From Terriglobia bacterium (GTDB taxonomy: Bacteria; Acidobacteriota; Terriglobia; JAJPHL01; JAPKYU01): a DNA stretch of 64,000 nt. The position numbers and the translations under genes are program-made. Where the stretch lies: NCBI GenBank assembly GCA_965223005.1, contig CBDCVK010000010.1:928001-992000 (forward strand), written 5' to 3'. The notes beneath the pieces are model-generated. The model ran no database searches. It was not told the origin of the DNA and saw nothing but the letters and a program-made list of their open reading frames with translations. Positions 10,243 to 24,058 of this stretch are shown piece after piece. Position 1 is the stretch's first letter. Each line of letters starts with the position of its first letter.

Positions 10243-10808
10243 TGGTGGGCGCGGTAAACGGTAGGCTGCCATCGCACACAATCAGTCGGTCGCCGGCTAC
10301 CGCCAGGCCAGTGACCGAGCCGGCCGAATCGGCGGCAGTGCCGGGAGTGCTCGAGCTGAAATTCCTCTGGCCGATGACGGCGACGGCAGCTTGACCGGTA
10401 ACGTAGCGGCTGCTGTCGGTGGTCTGGTGGGCGCGGTAAACGGTAGGCTGCCATCGCACACAATCAGTCGGTCGCCGGCTACCGCCAGGCCAGTGACCGA
10501 GCCGGCACTGAAAAAGTCCCTGGGCGACCTCTTACGAACAAAATATAAATGAGTATAATTGTTCTCATTATGCGAGGACACGATCTGCACCAAGACGCGA
10601 TGTTCAGCTACCTGAGCCCCGAGCAACGGGTGCCCCAGGATCATCCGTTGCGGCCAGTGACCGACCGCACTGCAACGGCTTTCGCCGCGGTTCGAGCGGA
10701 TGTATGCCGAATCGGCGGCAGTGCCGGGAGTGCTCGAGCTGAAATTCCTCTGGCCGATGACGGCGACGGCAGCTTGACCGGTAACGTAGCGGCTGCTGTC
10801 GGTGGTCT
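10243..10808 (+). repeat. Direct duplication arranged A-B-A-[IS]-B
   Basis: A = 10243-10324 and 10425-10506; B = 10323-10425 and 10706-10808; copies identical by eye. Confidence 0.95.
10505..10715 (+). mobile_element. IS5-family left-end fragment with truncated transposase N-terminus
   Basis: Terminal GCACTGAAAAAG; ATG at 10570 gives MRGHDLHQDAMFSYLSPEQRVPQDHPLRP, then after a frameshift ALQRLSPRFERMYAES, typical of IS5-group transposase N-termini. Confidence 0.85.
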
Positions 10809-11173
10809 CTTGCGCCAGCACGGTCGGGGCCGGCAGAGCCGGCAAAGGCAAGGAGGCCAAGCTGAGAGCCGACAAGCCGACTACTAGGCCAACCAGGGCA
10901 AGTACGCGGGACACTAGACTGACCGTGCTCCTGGAACGAGTTGCAAAAACTACCAAGCATTACTATCTTAACGCGAACCTCTACGATCGGGGCCGGCCCG
11001 CCGCGGGTTGCGCCGCCTCTGGGAAAGGCAAAAGACAAGGCCCCAAAGGGCCAATAGCGAGGTTCACTACGAACCGAACGGCTCAAAGAAAATTCCCACA
11101 GGATAAAACGATGCCCTAGAGCGGCCGTCCCGAAAGGCCTCCATGGCAGCATGATAGAATTTCCCATCCACAT

Positions 11174-14100
11174 ATGACGGTTGTCCTACGCTGGGTCACG
11201 TGCTCTGTTCTGGTCCTGTTCCACGTCTTGGCTGGGGGCCCGGCGGCTTTCACTGCAAACGGTAGCGACGCTGCGGGAGAGCGAGGGTATCGTTGTGGCA
11301 CCAGCGACTGGGGCGTGCTGAACTCCCTGGGCCGCGAAGCGCTTCGAAAACTGCAACTGCGGCGCCAGGGGCACTTTCAGACCCTCGCTCGGCAGCAGAC
11401 GGCTTCCGCCGATGTAGGCGACATCGCAGTCCTCGACGACGATGGCACATTGCTGGTGCAGGCGAATTCGTTTGACCTGGCGAACCGCAGCATGCGGTTC
11501 ACCCCTGCCGGTGCCGGCTTCCTGGTCGCCGCTGGGGACGCAGCGCTGGATACGGCGGCAGCCGCAGCCGGCACGGTGCTCACGCTGGCCGACGATGATA
11601 CTCGCGAGATCCCCCTGGGCTTTCCCTTCACCTTCTACGGAAACACTTATGCGTCGGTCTTCGTCAACTCGGACGGCAACCTGACCTTTACCGGAGGTGA
11701 CGTGGCGACCACGCCGCGCGACCTGAGCCGTTTCCTGACGGGAGTCCCGCGTATCGCGCCATTCTTTGATGACCTGAATCCGGCCGAGGGCGGCCAAGTG
11801 ACCTATAGCGCCGAAGCGGGCCGGTTCGTGGTGAGCTGGACCGATGTCCCGGAGTGTTGCCTGCCGGCGATCACACCGAAGTCCACGTTCCAAGTGTCGC
11901 TGTTCCCGGACGGCGGTGTGGAGTTTGCTTATGGGACTGTGAGCGCCAACGATGCGGTGGTGGGCATCTCACCGGGAGCCTTCACGGGCGCCGCCGAGAT
12001 CGTGGACCTTTCCGCCACCGACGGCACCGAGACGATTGAGCTGCCAATTGCCGAAGTGTTTTCGTCCCGGACCCTGCTCAGCGAGGTGGCGGTGGCCCAC
12101 CGCTTCTATACCACCCACGAAGACGCTTACGACTTCCTGGTCATGTGGACTAACTTCCCCTCGGACCTCGGCCAGAACGTGTTTGCTTTTGCCCTGAACA
12201 TTGTCAACGGCACGTCCGGCATTGGCCGGCCCAATTTTGACTTTGCCGAAGCCCTGGGCAGCGAAGGACGCCTCTCCACCCTGGTCATGATGGGTGACCT
12301 GGACAAGTATCCGGCCGATCCAACGCAGGTGATTCAGAGTGTACCGCCGAACAACACTCTGAGCGTGCTGGGGCAGGAGGCGGGGCATCGCTGGCTGGTC
12401 CACTTCCGCTACCCTTTCCTCACGGACCCGGGCAGCACCATCCTGTTGGGTCACGACTTGGCGCACTGGAGCTTCTTCTTTAATTCAGAAGCGTCGGTGG
12501 TGGAAGGTAACGAAATCCGGGATAATGGCGACGGTACCTTCACGACCGCCGATGCTGTCCGCCGCTACGGCTCCTTTGACCAGTATGCGATGGGACTGCT
12601 TGCTGCAGGGGAAGTCCCGCCAAGCTTCGTGGTGCCGGATCCGGACCGGCCCGCTTTTGGCCATCGTCCCGAGATTGGGGTCACCTTCGGTGGCACGCGG
12701 CTGGATGTGACCGTAGAAAAGCTGATCGAGGCCAACGGCAGCCGCCTGCCGACCGCTGTTGTGGATCAGAAGAATTTTAGTTTTGCTTTCATCCTGATCA
12801 ACGCCCGAGGCAGCACGGCCACCGCTGAGCAGATCGCCAGGCTGGAGACCCATCGGCAACAGTGGGAACAGTTCTGGGCCGAAGCCACCGGCGGGCGGTC
12901 GCAGGCCAACACGCGGCTGGTGCAAGCACTTTCCTTCGGCGGGCTGCCAGCCGCTGTCGCACCCGGGGCGCAGGCCACCCTAAGCCTGCGGACCGGCAGT
13001 CCGGCGGATGAGTTGCGGACCTTCACCCTAGCCAGCTTGGCTCCCGGCGTGGCTTCCGTGCCTGCGTCGGTCACTATTCCCGCAGGCATGCGCGAAGTCG
13101 AGTTCCAGGCAATCGCTGCCGCGGCCGGGGTGGCGCGTATCACTGCCGCGGCGCCGGGCTTCGAAACCGCTGAGGGCGCCCTCTCGGTGGCCGAGCCAGC
13201 CGCGGTGGAGTTGGCCGCCATTTCCGGTGGCGGGCAGGTGGGACCCCCGAGGGCAATCCTGGCACAACCGCTGGTGGTTGAGGCGCGCGAGTCCAACGCG
13301 CTGCCGGTGGCCGGAGCCGAGGTGGGTTTCTCGGCCACCGGCGGCGCCATCGTTACACCCGCCGTGGTCACCACCGATGTCGGCGGGCGGGTGCAGACCA
13401 GTGTGACTTTAGGACCCTCGGTGGGAACCCTGACGGTCACCGCTTCCTTGGTTGGCCTCGACGAAGTGCGGGCTACGTTCACCGCGACCGCTCTCACTCA
13501 GCCGCAGGTGCCGGAAGGCTCGGCGGTGAACGGCGCCAGCTTTGCCCAAACACCCACTCCGGTCAGCCCGGGCTCCGTCATCTCTATTTTCGGCACCAGC
13601 CTTGCGCCGGAAACGCAGCAAGCCACCTCACTGCCCCTGCCCACAACGCTGGGAAACGTCACCGTGCGGATCAATGAGATTTCGGCGCCCCTGTTTTTTG
13701 TCTCGCCGGGACAGGTGAACGCACAGGTACCCTTTGCGATTTCCGGAAGTACCGCCACCGTTACGGTGGACAATGGCACCTTGCCCAGCGCCTCGATTAC
13801 GCTTGGCATCGCTCCGGCTGCACCGGGCATTTTTACACTGTCGCAAGACGGCACCGGGCCAGGCGCAGTGCTGCATCCGGACGGCTCGCTGGTCAGCGTA
13901 ACTTCACCTGCCAAGGTGGACGAAGTGGTGGCGATCTTTTGTAGTGGCCTGGGGAGTGTGACGCCAGCGGTGGAAAGCGGGCAGCCGGCCCCACTCTTCC
14001 CAGCAGCCACTACCTTAACCACGCCGCAGATCACCATTGGAGGCGAGCTGGCTGAAGTCGTGTTTTCCGGGTTGGCGCCGGGCTTTGCCGGGCTCTACCA

Positions 14101-14200
14101 AGTGAACGCCCGCGTTCCCGCTGGCCTCGAGGCCGGCGCGCAGCCGATGGTGATTACCAGCGGCCTCAGCAGCAACTCCGTGACCCTGGCGGTCGAATGA
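11174..14200 (+). CDS. Exported NIDO-like + zincin-like (QEAGH) + Ig-like + TIGR03437-like protein
   Basis: Signal peptide; IPLGFPFTFYG..VNSDGNLTF..IAPFFDDL NIDO motif; LGQEAGHRW..AHWSFF; C-terminal PLFFVSPGQVNAQVP..GLAPGFAGLYQVN. Confidence 0.88.
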   Translation: MTVVLRWVTCSVLVLFHVLAGGPAAFTANGSDAAGERGYRCGTSDWGVLNSLGREALRKLQLRRQGHFQTLARQQTASADVGDIAVLDDDGTLLVQANSFDLANRSMRFTPAGAGFLVAAGDAALDTAAAAAGTVLTLADDDTREIPLGFPFTFYGNTYASVFVNSDGNLTFTGGDVATTPRDLSRFLTGVPRIAPFFDDLNPAEGGQVTYSAEAGRFVVSWTDVPECCLPAITPKSTFQVSLFPDGGVEFAYGTVSANDAVVGISPGAFTGAAEIVDLSATDGTETIELPIAEVFSSRTLLSEVAVAHRFYTTHEDAYDFLVMWTNFPSDLGQNVFAFALNIVNGTSGIGRPNFDFAEALGSEGRLSTLVMMGDLDKYPADPTQVIQSVPPNNTLSVLGQEAGHRWLVHFRYPFLTDPGSTILLGHDLAHWSFFFNSEASVVEGNEIRDNGDGTFTTADAVRRYGSFDQYAMGLLAAGEVPPSFVVPDPDRPAFGHRPEIGVTFGGTRLDVTVEKLIEANGSRLPTAVVDQKNFSFAFILINARGSTATAEQIARLETHRQQWEQFWAEATGGRSQANTRLVQALSFGGLPAAVAPGAQATLSLRTGSPADELRTFTLASLAPGVASVPASVTIPAGMREVEFQAIAAAAGVARITAAAPGFETAEGALSVAEPAAVELAAISGGGQVGPPRAILAQPLVVEARESNALPVAGAEVGFSATGGAIVTPAVVTTDVGGRVQTSVTLGPSVGTLTVTASLVGLDEVRATFTATALTQPQVPEGSAVNGASFAQTPTPVSPGSVISIFGTSLAPETQQATSLPLPTTLGNVTVRINEISAPLFFVSPGQVNAQVPFAISGSTATVTVDNGTLPSASITLGIAPAAPGIFTLSQDGTGPGAVLHPDGSLVSVTSPAKVDEVVAIFCSGLGSVTPAVESGQPAPLFPAATTLTTPQITIGGELAEVVFSGLAPGFAGLYQVNARVPAGLEAGAQPMVITSGLSSNSVTLAVE

Positions 14201-14931
14201 ACCCGACGAAGCTCAGATTCCTGGCGATTACTGCGCATCCCGACGATGAAACCGGCTCGTTCGGCGGCACGCTGGCTCTCTATGCCGCTCGCGGGGTTGC
14301 TATAGAGGTGGTGTGCGCCACTCGCGGCGAAGCCGGGCGCAACCGAGGCTCGGCCCGTACGCGCGAAGAACTTGCCGAGATGCGAATCCGGGAGTTCCAT
14401 CAGGCCTGCGAACTGCTGGGCGTTTCCTGGCACGAGATCTGGGACTACCCCGATGGGGGGCTGAACCGCGTCGGCTTCCTCGATCTGGGTCTGCGGCTGT
14501 GCCAGGTGATCCGCCAGCGAAGGCCTGCTGTGGTGTTAACTCTGGGGCCGGAAGGCGGTTTCACCGGCCATCGGGACCACGCGGCGATTTCCCACTTTGC
14601 CATCTTCGCCTTCCATGCAGCCGGACGCCAGGAGCTTTTCCCGGAAACAGGCCGGCCGCACCAGCCTCAGCGTCTTTACTACGCCACTGGGCCCAAATCC
14701 CTCGCCGGCTATCCCCAGGTCTGTTTTTCTCCGGTGACTGTCGAGATCGATATTTCGGAAACGTTCCAGCGCAAGCTCGAAGCCTTCCAGTGCCACCACA
14801 CCCAGGCACCGCTGTTTCCCCGCTTTCGTGCAGTTGTTCAGCAGGTTGGTCCCCGGGAATGGTTCCACTTGGCGGCCGCGAATGCTGCTTTGCCGCCAGG
14901 GATGGACCGCGACTTGTCCGTCGGACTCTAG
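14197..14931 (+). CDS. PIG-L/LmbE family deacetylase
   Basis: AHPDDE, ATRGEAG, GHRDH, CHHTQ motifs; ATGA overlap with the upstream gene. Confidence 0.92.
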   Translation: MNPTKLRFLAITAHPDDETGSFGGTLALYAARGVAIEVVCATRGEAGRNRGSARTREELAEMRIREFHQACELLGVSWHEIWDYPDGGLNRVGFLDLGLRLCQVIRQRRPAVVLTLGPEGGFTGHRDHAAISHFAIFAFHAAGRQELFPETGRPHQPQRLYYATGPKSLAGYPQVCFSPVTVEIDISETFQRKLEAFQCHHTQAPLFPRFRAVVQQVGPREWFHLAAANAALPPGMDRDLSVGL

Positions 14932-14955
14932 CCAGACTCTAGCCGGAACGGGGGT

Positions 14956-16176
14956 GTGACTCCCCTGGCGCTTCCTGCTATCCTGCTACCTCTTCCTATG
15001 GCCTTCGACCCTATGGCGTTCGACAAAGTTCGGCTTGACGGACCAGAAAGGGCAAGCGGCTTGCCTGGAGTGCTCTTGTTGTTCTTGCTTCTGTTGCCCG
15101 TCGAATGGGCGGCTGGCGCGCCGGCCGCGCGGGCTGAGGACGAGGTGTATGTCTATGACTTGTTCGTCGAGGGAGCCAATTGCGGAACCGTGCTGGCTCG
15201 CTTGAAGCAACTTCCCCTGCGGCCCACGCTCATCCTGAGTGTCGAGCAAGGAAAGCGATTCTTGCTGGACGATCCCGCGGGCGATCAGCTGCTGGCCTGC
15301 GTCCTGGACCATCTGCGCGGCTCCGACCGCACGGTGAAGGCGATGCTGCTGCAGGACCCCTCGTTTACCGAGCGCACCGGGGAGGCCGTGAGGCGCGCCG
15401 CGCGGCTCGGGCAGTTCGTGAAGCGGCATCCCGGCCAGCTGGCAGGCGCGCACATAGACGTGGAGCCCTACACCACCGAAGACTGGAAATGCGGTGATGC
15501 CGAGGAGCGCGGGCGCCTGGTGCAGGAGCTGCTTCAGTTGTTGAACCTGGTTCGCCAGCAACTCCGCGGGCTGCCGCTGGGCGCGGCCGTCCCTTGGTGG
15601 TTCCCGCGGATCAGCGACGAGGTTCCCGAAGCCGCTCCCGAAGCCCTATTCAGCGTAGCGGACGAGATTTATCTAATGACCTACGGGGACAAAGGGGGAC
15701 CGGTGGTGGGCGGTACGGCTAACCGAGTGCTGCGGCGCGTGGACGCCCCGGAATTTTTCTCCGGCACCGGGCGCATGTACATCGCCCTGGCCAGTTACGA
15801 GTTTCCCTCGGCGGCCGACCTGGAGAGAACAGTGGGAACTGTACACCAGCGCCTGGACAGGCACGCGAATTTCGCCGGCACCGCCGTTTTCCACGCCGCC
15901 TCCGTCTTCAAGGCCCCTTTGCTGCGGCTGGTATCCGGCCAGGTGGTGGACGAAGCCGGAGAGGGCGTGGCTGGCGTCAACATCGATGCCGGCGAAATCC
16001 GAAAACGCTCCAACAAGTGCGGGAAGTTCGTGCTGCGTGGCGTGCCGGAGGGGCAGGCGGAGCTGATCCTGGAAAAGGAGGGCTTCCGCACTCGGAAGCT
16101 TCCCATCCGCCTTGCCGCTCCCGGCCGCATCCGAGACCTGGGAAACATCGTCCTGGAAAAGAGCCCCGGCTTTTAG
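14956..16176 (+). CDS. Exported hypothetical protein: glycoside-hydrolase-like barrel plus carboxypeptidase-regulatory-like domain
   Basis: Hydrophobic N-segment; GAHIDVEPY and ADEIYLMTYG motifs; C-terminal VSGQVVDEAGEGVAGV..GKFVLRGVPEG; start uncertain. Confidence 0.6.
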   Translation: MTPLALPAILLPLPMAFDPMAFDKVRLDGPERASGLPGVLLLFLLLLPVEWAAGAPAARAEDEVYVYDLFVEGANCGTVLARLKQLPLRPTLILSVEQGKRFLLDDPAGDQLLACVLDHLRGSDRTVKAMLLQDPSFTERTGEAVRRAARLGQFVKRHPGQLAGAHIDVEPYTTEDWKCGDAEERGRLVQELLQLLNLVRQQLRGLPLGAAVPWWFPRISDEVPEAAPEALFSVADEIYLMTYGDKGGPVVGGTANRVLRRVDAPEFFSGTGRMYIALASYEFPSAADLERTVGTVHQRLDRHANFAGTAVFHAASVFKAPLLRLVSGQVVDEAGEGVAGVNIDAGEIRKRSNKCGKFVLRGVPEGQAELILEKEGFRTRKLPIRLAAPGRIRDLGNIVLEKSPGF

Positions 16177-16277
16177 TTGATATTTGACCTGCTCTTATGC
16201 TGCTAGCAGCTTTGCGTCGGGCCGCAGGTTCCTTGAGAACCCGAGTGGCTCGGCTTGGCCGGGGCCTAACTGTCTCC

Positions 16278-17306
16278 GTGTCAGATAAACTCGCCCTTCC
16301 GGAAAACGACTCCACCTACAGGAAGCGCCTTCACAGGGAAATCGAGCGCTACAAGGCAGACGAAAACGTTCACGACCTGCCAGAAATCTTTCACTTCTGG
16401 TCGAACAAGTATATCCGACCGAAAATAGAGGAAGTTATTGGTGTGTCTGGCTTTGAAGAATTTTATGCGAAATACATCTCCCAGTATGCATCCGATCATC
16501 CGGGTGAACCCATCGAGATCGCTAGCCTCGGAGCAGGTAATGCTGACATGGAAGTCGGAATAGCGCAGGCCCTGCGAAACCGTGGCCTTATGAACTTCCG
16601 CATCCGCTGTCTGGACATTAATCCAAGCATGCTGGGCCGCGGACGGGAACTTGCATTGCAATCGCACCTTGCGGATCGATTTGAATTTCTCGAGGTCGAC
16701 CTTGCCCGCTGGCGTGCAGAGTGCCCTATGGCAGTGGTGATTGCACACCACAGTCTGCACCACATCGTAACACTGGAAGAAGTTTTCCAAAACATCCAGG
16801 AGGCAATCGGCAACAGCGGCTATTTCCTTACATGCGACATGATCGGCCGCAACGGCCACATGCGCTGGCCAGAGGCCCTAACCGTCATCCACGAGATCTG
16901 GCGGACCATGCCGGACCGATATAAATACAACCATCAGTTGCGGCGTTTTGAGACGATGTTAGACAATTGGGACTGTTCCACGGAAGGGTTTGAAGGTATT
17001 CGATCTCAAGATATTCTTCCTCTGTTGGTAAAGAAGTTTCACTTTGAGGCGTTTGTAGCGTATGGAAACTTGCCAGACATTTTCGTGGACCGCGGGTTTG
17101 GCCACAATTTCGATGTTGCAAATCCGGAAGATACTGACTTTATTGATCGTATTGGAGCATTGAACGACCGGCAGATTAGCGATGGCCTAATCAAGCCGAC
17201 ACAGATGGTTGCGGTCATGCGCGCTTGCCCAACGATGGCTGCCAGATGCTATAAGCATTGGCTCCCACAATTCTGTATCCGTCCGGTGTCGGCAATAGCA
17301 TCCTGA
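16278..17306 (+). CDS. Class I SAM-dependent methyltransferase
   Basis: IASLGAGNA motif I, CLDINP, HSLHH; more AT-rich than flanks; GTG at 16278 preferred over 16197. Confidence 0.85.
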   Translation: MSDKLALPENDSTYRKRLHREIERYKADENVHDLPEIFHFWSNKYIRPKIEEVIGVSGFEEFYAKYISQYASDHPGEPIEIASLGAGNADMEVGIAQALRNRGLMNFRIRCLDINPSMLGRGRELALQSHLADRFEFLEVDLARWRAECPMAVVIAHHSLHHIVTLEEVFQNIQEAIGNSGYFLTCDMIGRNGHMRWPEALTVIHEIWRTMPDRYKYNHQLRRFETMLDNWDCSTEGFEGIRSQDILPLLVKKFHFEAFVAYGNLPDIFVDRGFGHNFDVANPEDTDFIDRIGALNDRQISDGLIKPTQMVAVMRACPTMAARCYKHWLPQFCIRPVSAIAS

Positions 17307-17354
17307 TTGCATGCTCAGAGCGGTACTAGCGTCAAACGATGATCGCCCCGCGGT

Positions 17355-19571
17355 TCACTGCACAGCCAGCGTGACGGTGTCGCTAGTCTTTCCACCGATC
17401 TCGATTTCTAGTGGTACCTCATCACCGGCTGGCGCCGCCGCCGGTACGCGGGCGTTCACTTGGTAGAGACCCACAAAGCCCGGCGCCATGCCCGAGAAAA
17501 GCACTTCTGCCGAGGCGCCCCCGATCATAACGACTGGCGTCACTACTGTTAAATTGAGCGGAGGTGAGCTAGCTCCAGTCTGGCCCGTAGCCAGCGGCGG
17601 ATCCGTCACGCCCAGGCCAGTGGCAAAAATCTGAACCACTGAGCCCGCTACTGCCGGGTTTTCCGCTGAGTTAGGCGAAAAGTCTTCGTTTAAGATGGCA
17701 CCCGGCCCGCTCCCGCCTGGTACAGCGGTGAAGATGCCCGGAGCCGCAGGCGCAATTTGCACCATCACTTCGGGACCATGAACTCCGTCGGAGGCCACGA
17801 CTATCGGGACGGTAGTGCCAGTTACCTCGAACGGCATTTGGAAGTTGATCTGCAAAGGCGAAACAAAGAACAACGGCGCGGGCGTGTCATTGACCAGAAC
17901 CTCGGTGCCGGCCAGCGTGGTGGGGAGTGGCAACCCGGCCGCTACGTCCGTGGCCGCTGCAAGGTTCATCCCGAACAGCGATGCAATGGAACCAGGGCTG
18001 ACAAGCGCCTCGTCCGAGAAACTGGCACCGTTGACAATCCCGCCTTCGCCAATCACGGGTCCGGTCGGTACGGCCTCGGCAACCGTGAGGCGAACAGGGA
18101 CAAGTGCGAGGTTAGCGGGATCGAGCACAGGTGTAATTATGACGGTACCCAGGTAATCACCCGGTACCAGGCCCGACGCGTCCACACTCACCGTTACAGT
18201 GCCCGGAGTAAAGCCTGATTCCGGGGAAACTGACAGCCACCCTAGTCCGCCTGGCGTTGTGGTCCTCGCCGTCCAGCTCGCAATTCCGCTGACTGTATTG
18301 TCTATGGTCAACATCTCCAGCATCGGATCTGCCGCCCCGGCTGTAGCTTCAAGGTCGAGAGACGATGGCCCAACGGAAAGCTGCGGCTTTGGCTGGAAAC
18401 GCCGGACGAGGTGATTCAGGTGGTCCGCGAGCAGGAAAGCCCCTTCTCCTTCGATCGCGATGCCGGCCGGGCGATTTAGTTTTGCCGCGAACGGATTCCC
18501 CAAATCCTCAGAGAACCCAGGATCATCAGCTATGCCAGCCACTGTGGAAATGAATCCGTCCGGGTTCACACGGCGAATGATGTGGGATAGGTGTTGCGAA
18601 ATGTATAGATTGCCCGAGCCGTCGACGGCCACGTCCACCGGCAGTCTCACCGACGCGATAACGGCGAGTGTGCCATTGCCAACGTTATCCACCTCCCCAT
18701 TGCCGGCGATCGTAGTGATGGTCCCATCAGGAATGACCATCCGCACACGGTTGTTAAAGGTATCAGCGATGAAGAGGTTCCCCGACGAGTCCACAGCAAT
18801 GCCTGAGCCTTGTGTTGCCTCACGCTCCCCATCGGTAAAGGTAAATCCCCAAAGCCACAACTTCGCTGAGGTTGCCTGACCCCCATCGCCGGAAAAACCT
18901 CTCTGCCCAGTACCGGCTACCGTCGTGATGAGACCATCCGGGGTTACCTTGCGGATTTTGGCGTGACTCTGGTCGGCAATGTACAGGTTTCCGTCTGCGT
19001 CTACCGCCAAACCAGAGACGAACCCTATGGAAGCTTGGTCCGCCGGTCCACCGTCTCCGGTGGAACCAACGATCGCATTGCCGGCCACAGTGCTGATGAT
19101 TCCCTCCGGCGTAACCTTGCGTATTCTGTAATTCTCGCTGTCAGCGATGTAGAGATTCCCAGAGGCGTCAACGGCAACGCCACTCGGCGATTGCAACAGA
19201 GCGGTAATGGCCGGGCCATCTTCGAGCGGATTAAATCGCCCGCCCGGGGTGCCCGTCCCTGCCACTGTCGTAATCATCCCGTCAGGGCTCACCTTCCGGA
19301 TGCGGTGATTGGCTGTGTCGGCGATATATACGTTGCCGGATGGGTCGACGGCTACGTCGGACGGGAGATATAGGGAAGCGGCAGTCGCAGGCCCCTCATC
19401 GCCGGAAAAAGCTGCGGTGCCATTGCCGGCGACGGTGGAAATAAAATTCTGGGCAGACGCGAGAAATGGCGCCAGGAAGAAAATCAACATGACTGATCTG
19501 TGTCGCGACAATCCAACACCCCCGCCTCCAAAGATGGGGCTCAGGCTACGTTCTGACAATTGGTCTGTCAA
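17355..19571 (-). CDS. Exported NHL-repeat + BACON + TIGR03437-like protein
   Basis: Repeated ISTVAGNG..VAVDxSGNLYIAD..RIRKV; WLSVSPESG; C-terminal PLFFVSPLQINFQMP..GMAPGFVGLYQVN; true start probably further downstream. Confidence 0.9.
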   Translation of the reverse strand: MTDQLSERSLSPIFGGGGVGLSRHRSVMLIFFLAPFLASAQNFISTVAGNGTAAFSGDEGPATAASLYLPSDVAVDPSGNVYIADTANHRIRKVSPDGMITTVAGTGTPGGRFNPLEDGPAITALLQSPSGVAVDASGNLYIADSENYRIRKVTPEGIISTVAGNAIVGSTGDGGPADQASIGFVSGLAVDADGNLYIADQSHAKIRKVTPDGLITTVAGTGQRGFSGDGGQATSAKLWLWGFTFTDGEREATQGSGIAVDSSGNLFIADTFNNRVRMVIPDGTITTIAGNGEVDNVGNGTLAVIASVRLPVDVAVDGSGNLYISQHLSHIIRRVNPDGFISTVAGIADDPGFSEDLGNPFAAKLNRPAGIAIEGEGAFLLADHLNHLVRRFQPKPQLSVGPSSLDLEATAGAADPMLEMLTIDNTVSGIASWTARTTTPGGLGWLSVSPESGFTPGTVTVSVDASGLVPGDYLGTVIITPVLDPANLALVPVRLTVAEAVPTGPVIGEGGIVNGASFSDEALVSPGSIASLFGMNLAAATDVAAGLPLPTTLAGTEVLVNDTPAPLFFVSPLQINFQMPFEVTGTTVPIVVASDGVHGPEVMVQIAPAAPGIFTAVPGGSGPGAILNEDFSPNSAENPAVAGSVVQIFATGLGVTDPPLATGQTGASSPPLNLTVVTPVVMIGGASAEVLFSGMAPGFVGLYQVNARVPAAAPAGDEVPLEIEIGGKTSDTVTLAVQ

Positions 19572-19715
19572 GGGTTACTCTTGCGTTGCCTCAAAGCGTC
19601 AGGCTTGAAGCAGATTTGCGGTCCAGGGCGTGGAGGTGGTGGAACACGAACAGGGTGTGGTTCAGTCCTAGGGCTCTTTTTCAGTGCTGGGTTCTGAGAG
19701 CAACTTGAGAAGTTC

Positions 19716-24029
<4,314 letters not shown>

Positions 24030-24058
24030 GGTTCCACTACGACGGGCTCTAGGCTCTC

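Larger units (their letters stand above)
7211..10956 (-). pseudogene. Large exported NHL-repeat protein with a split TIGR03437-like domain, frameshifted by a 182-bp duplication plus IS fragment (1120 aa if repaired)
   Basis: Signal peptide lies in ORF 10297-10956; NHL repeats (ADxxNNRVLxF..ADVVVGQxDF) and TIGR03437-like motifs lie in ORF 7211-10459; deleting 10426-10808 joins them in frame. Confidence 0.85.

Noticed and set aside
10243-10808. Long target-site duplication made by the IS
   Set aside because: The IS fragment lies inside one repeat copy (A-B-A-IS-B), not between two copies
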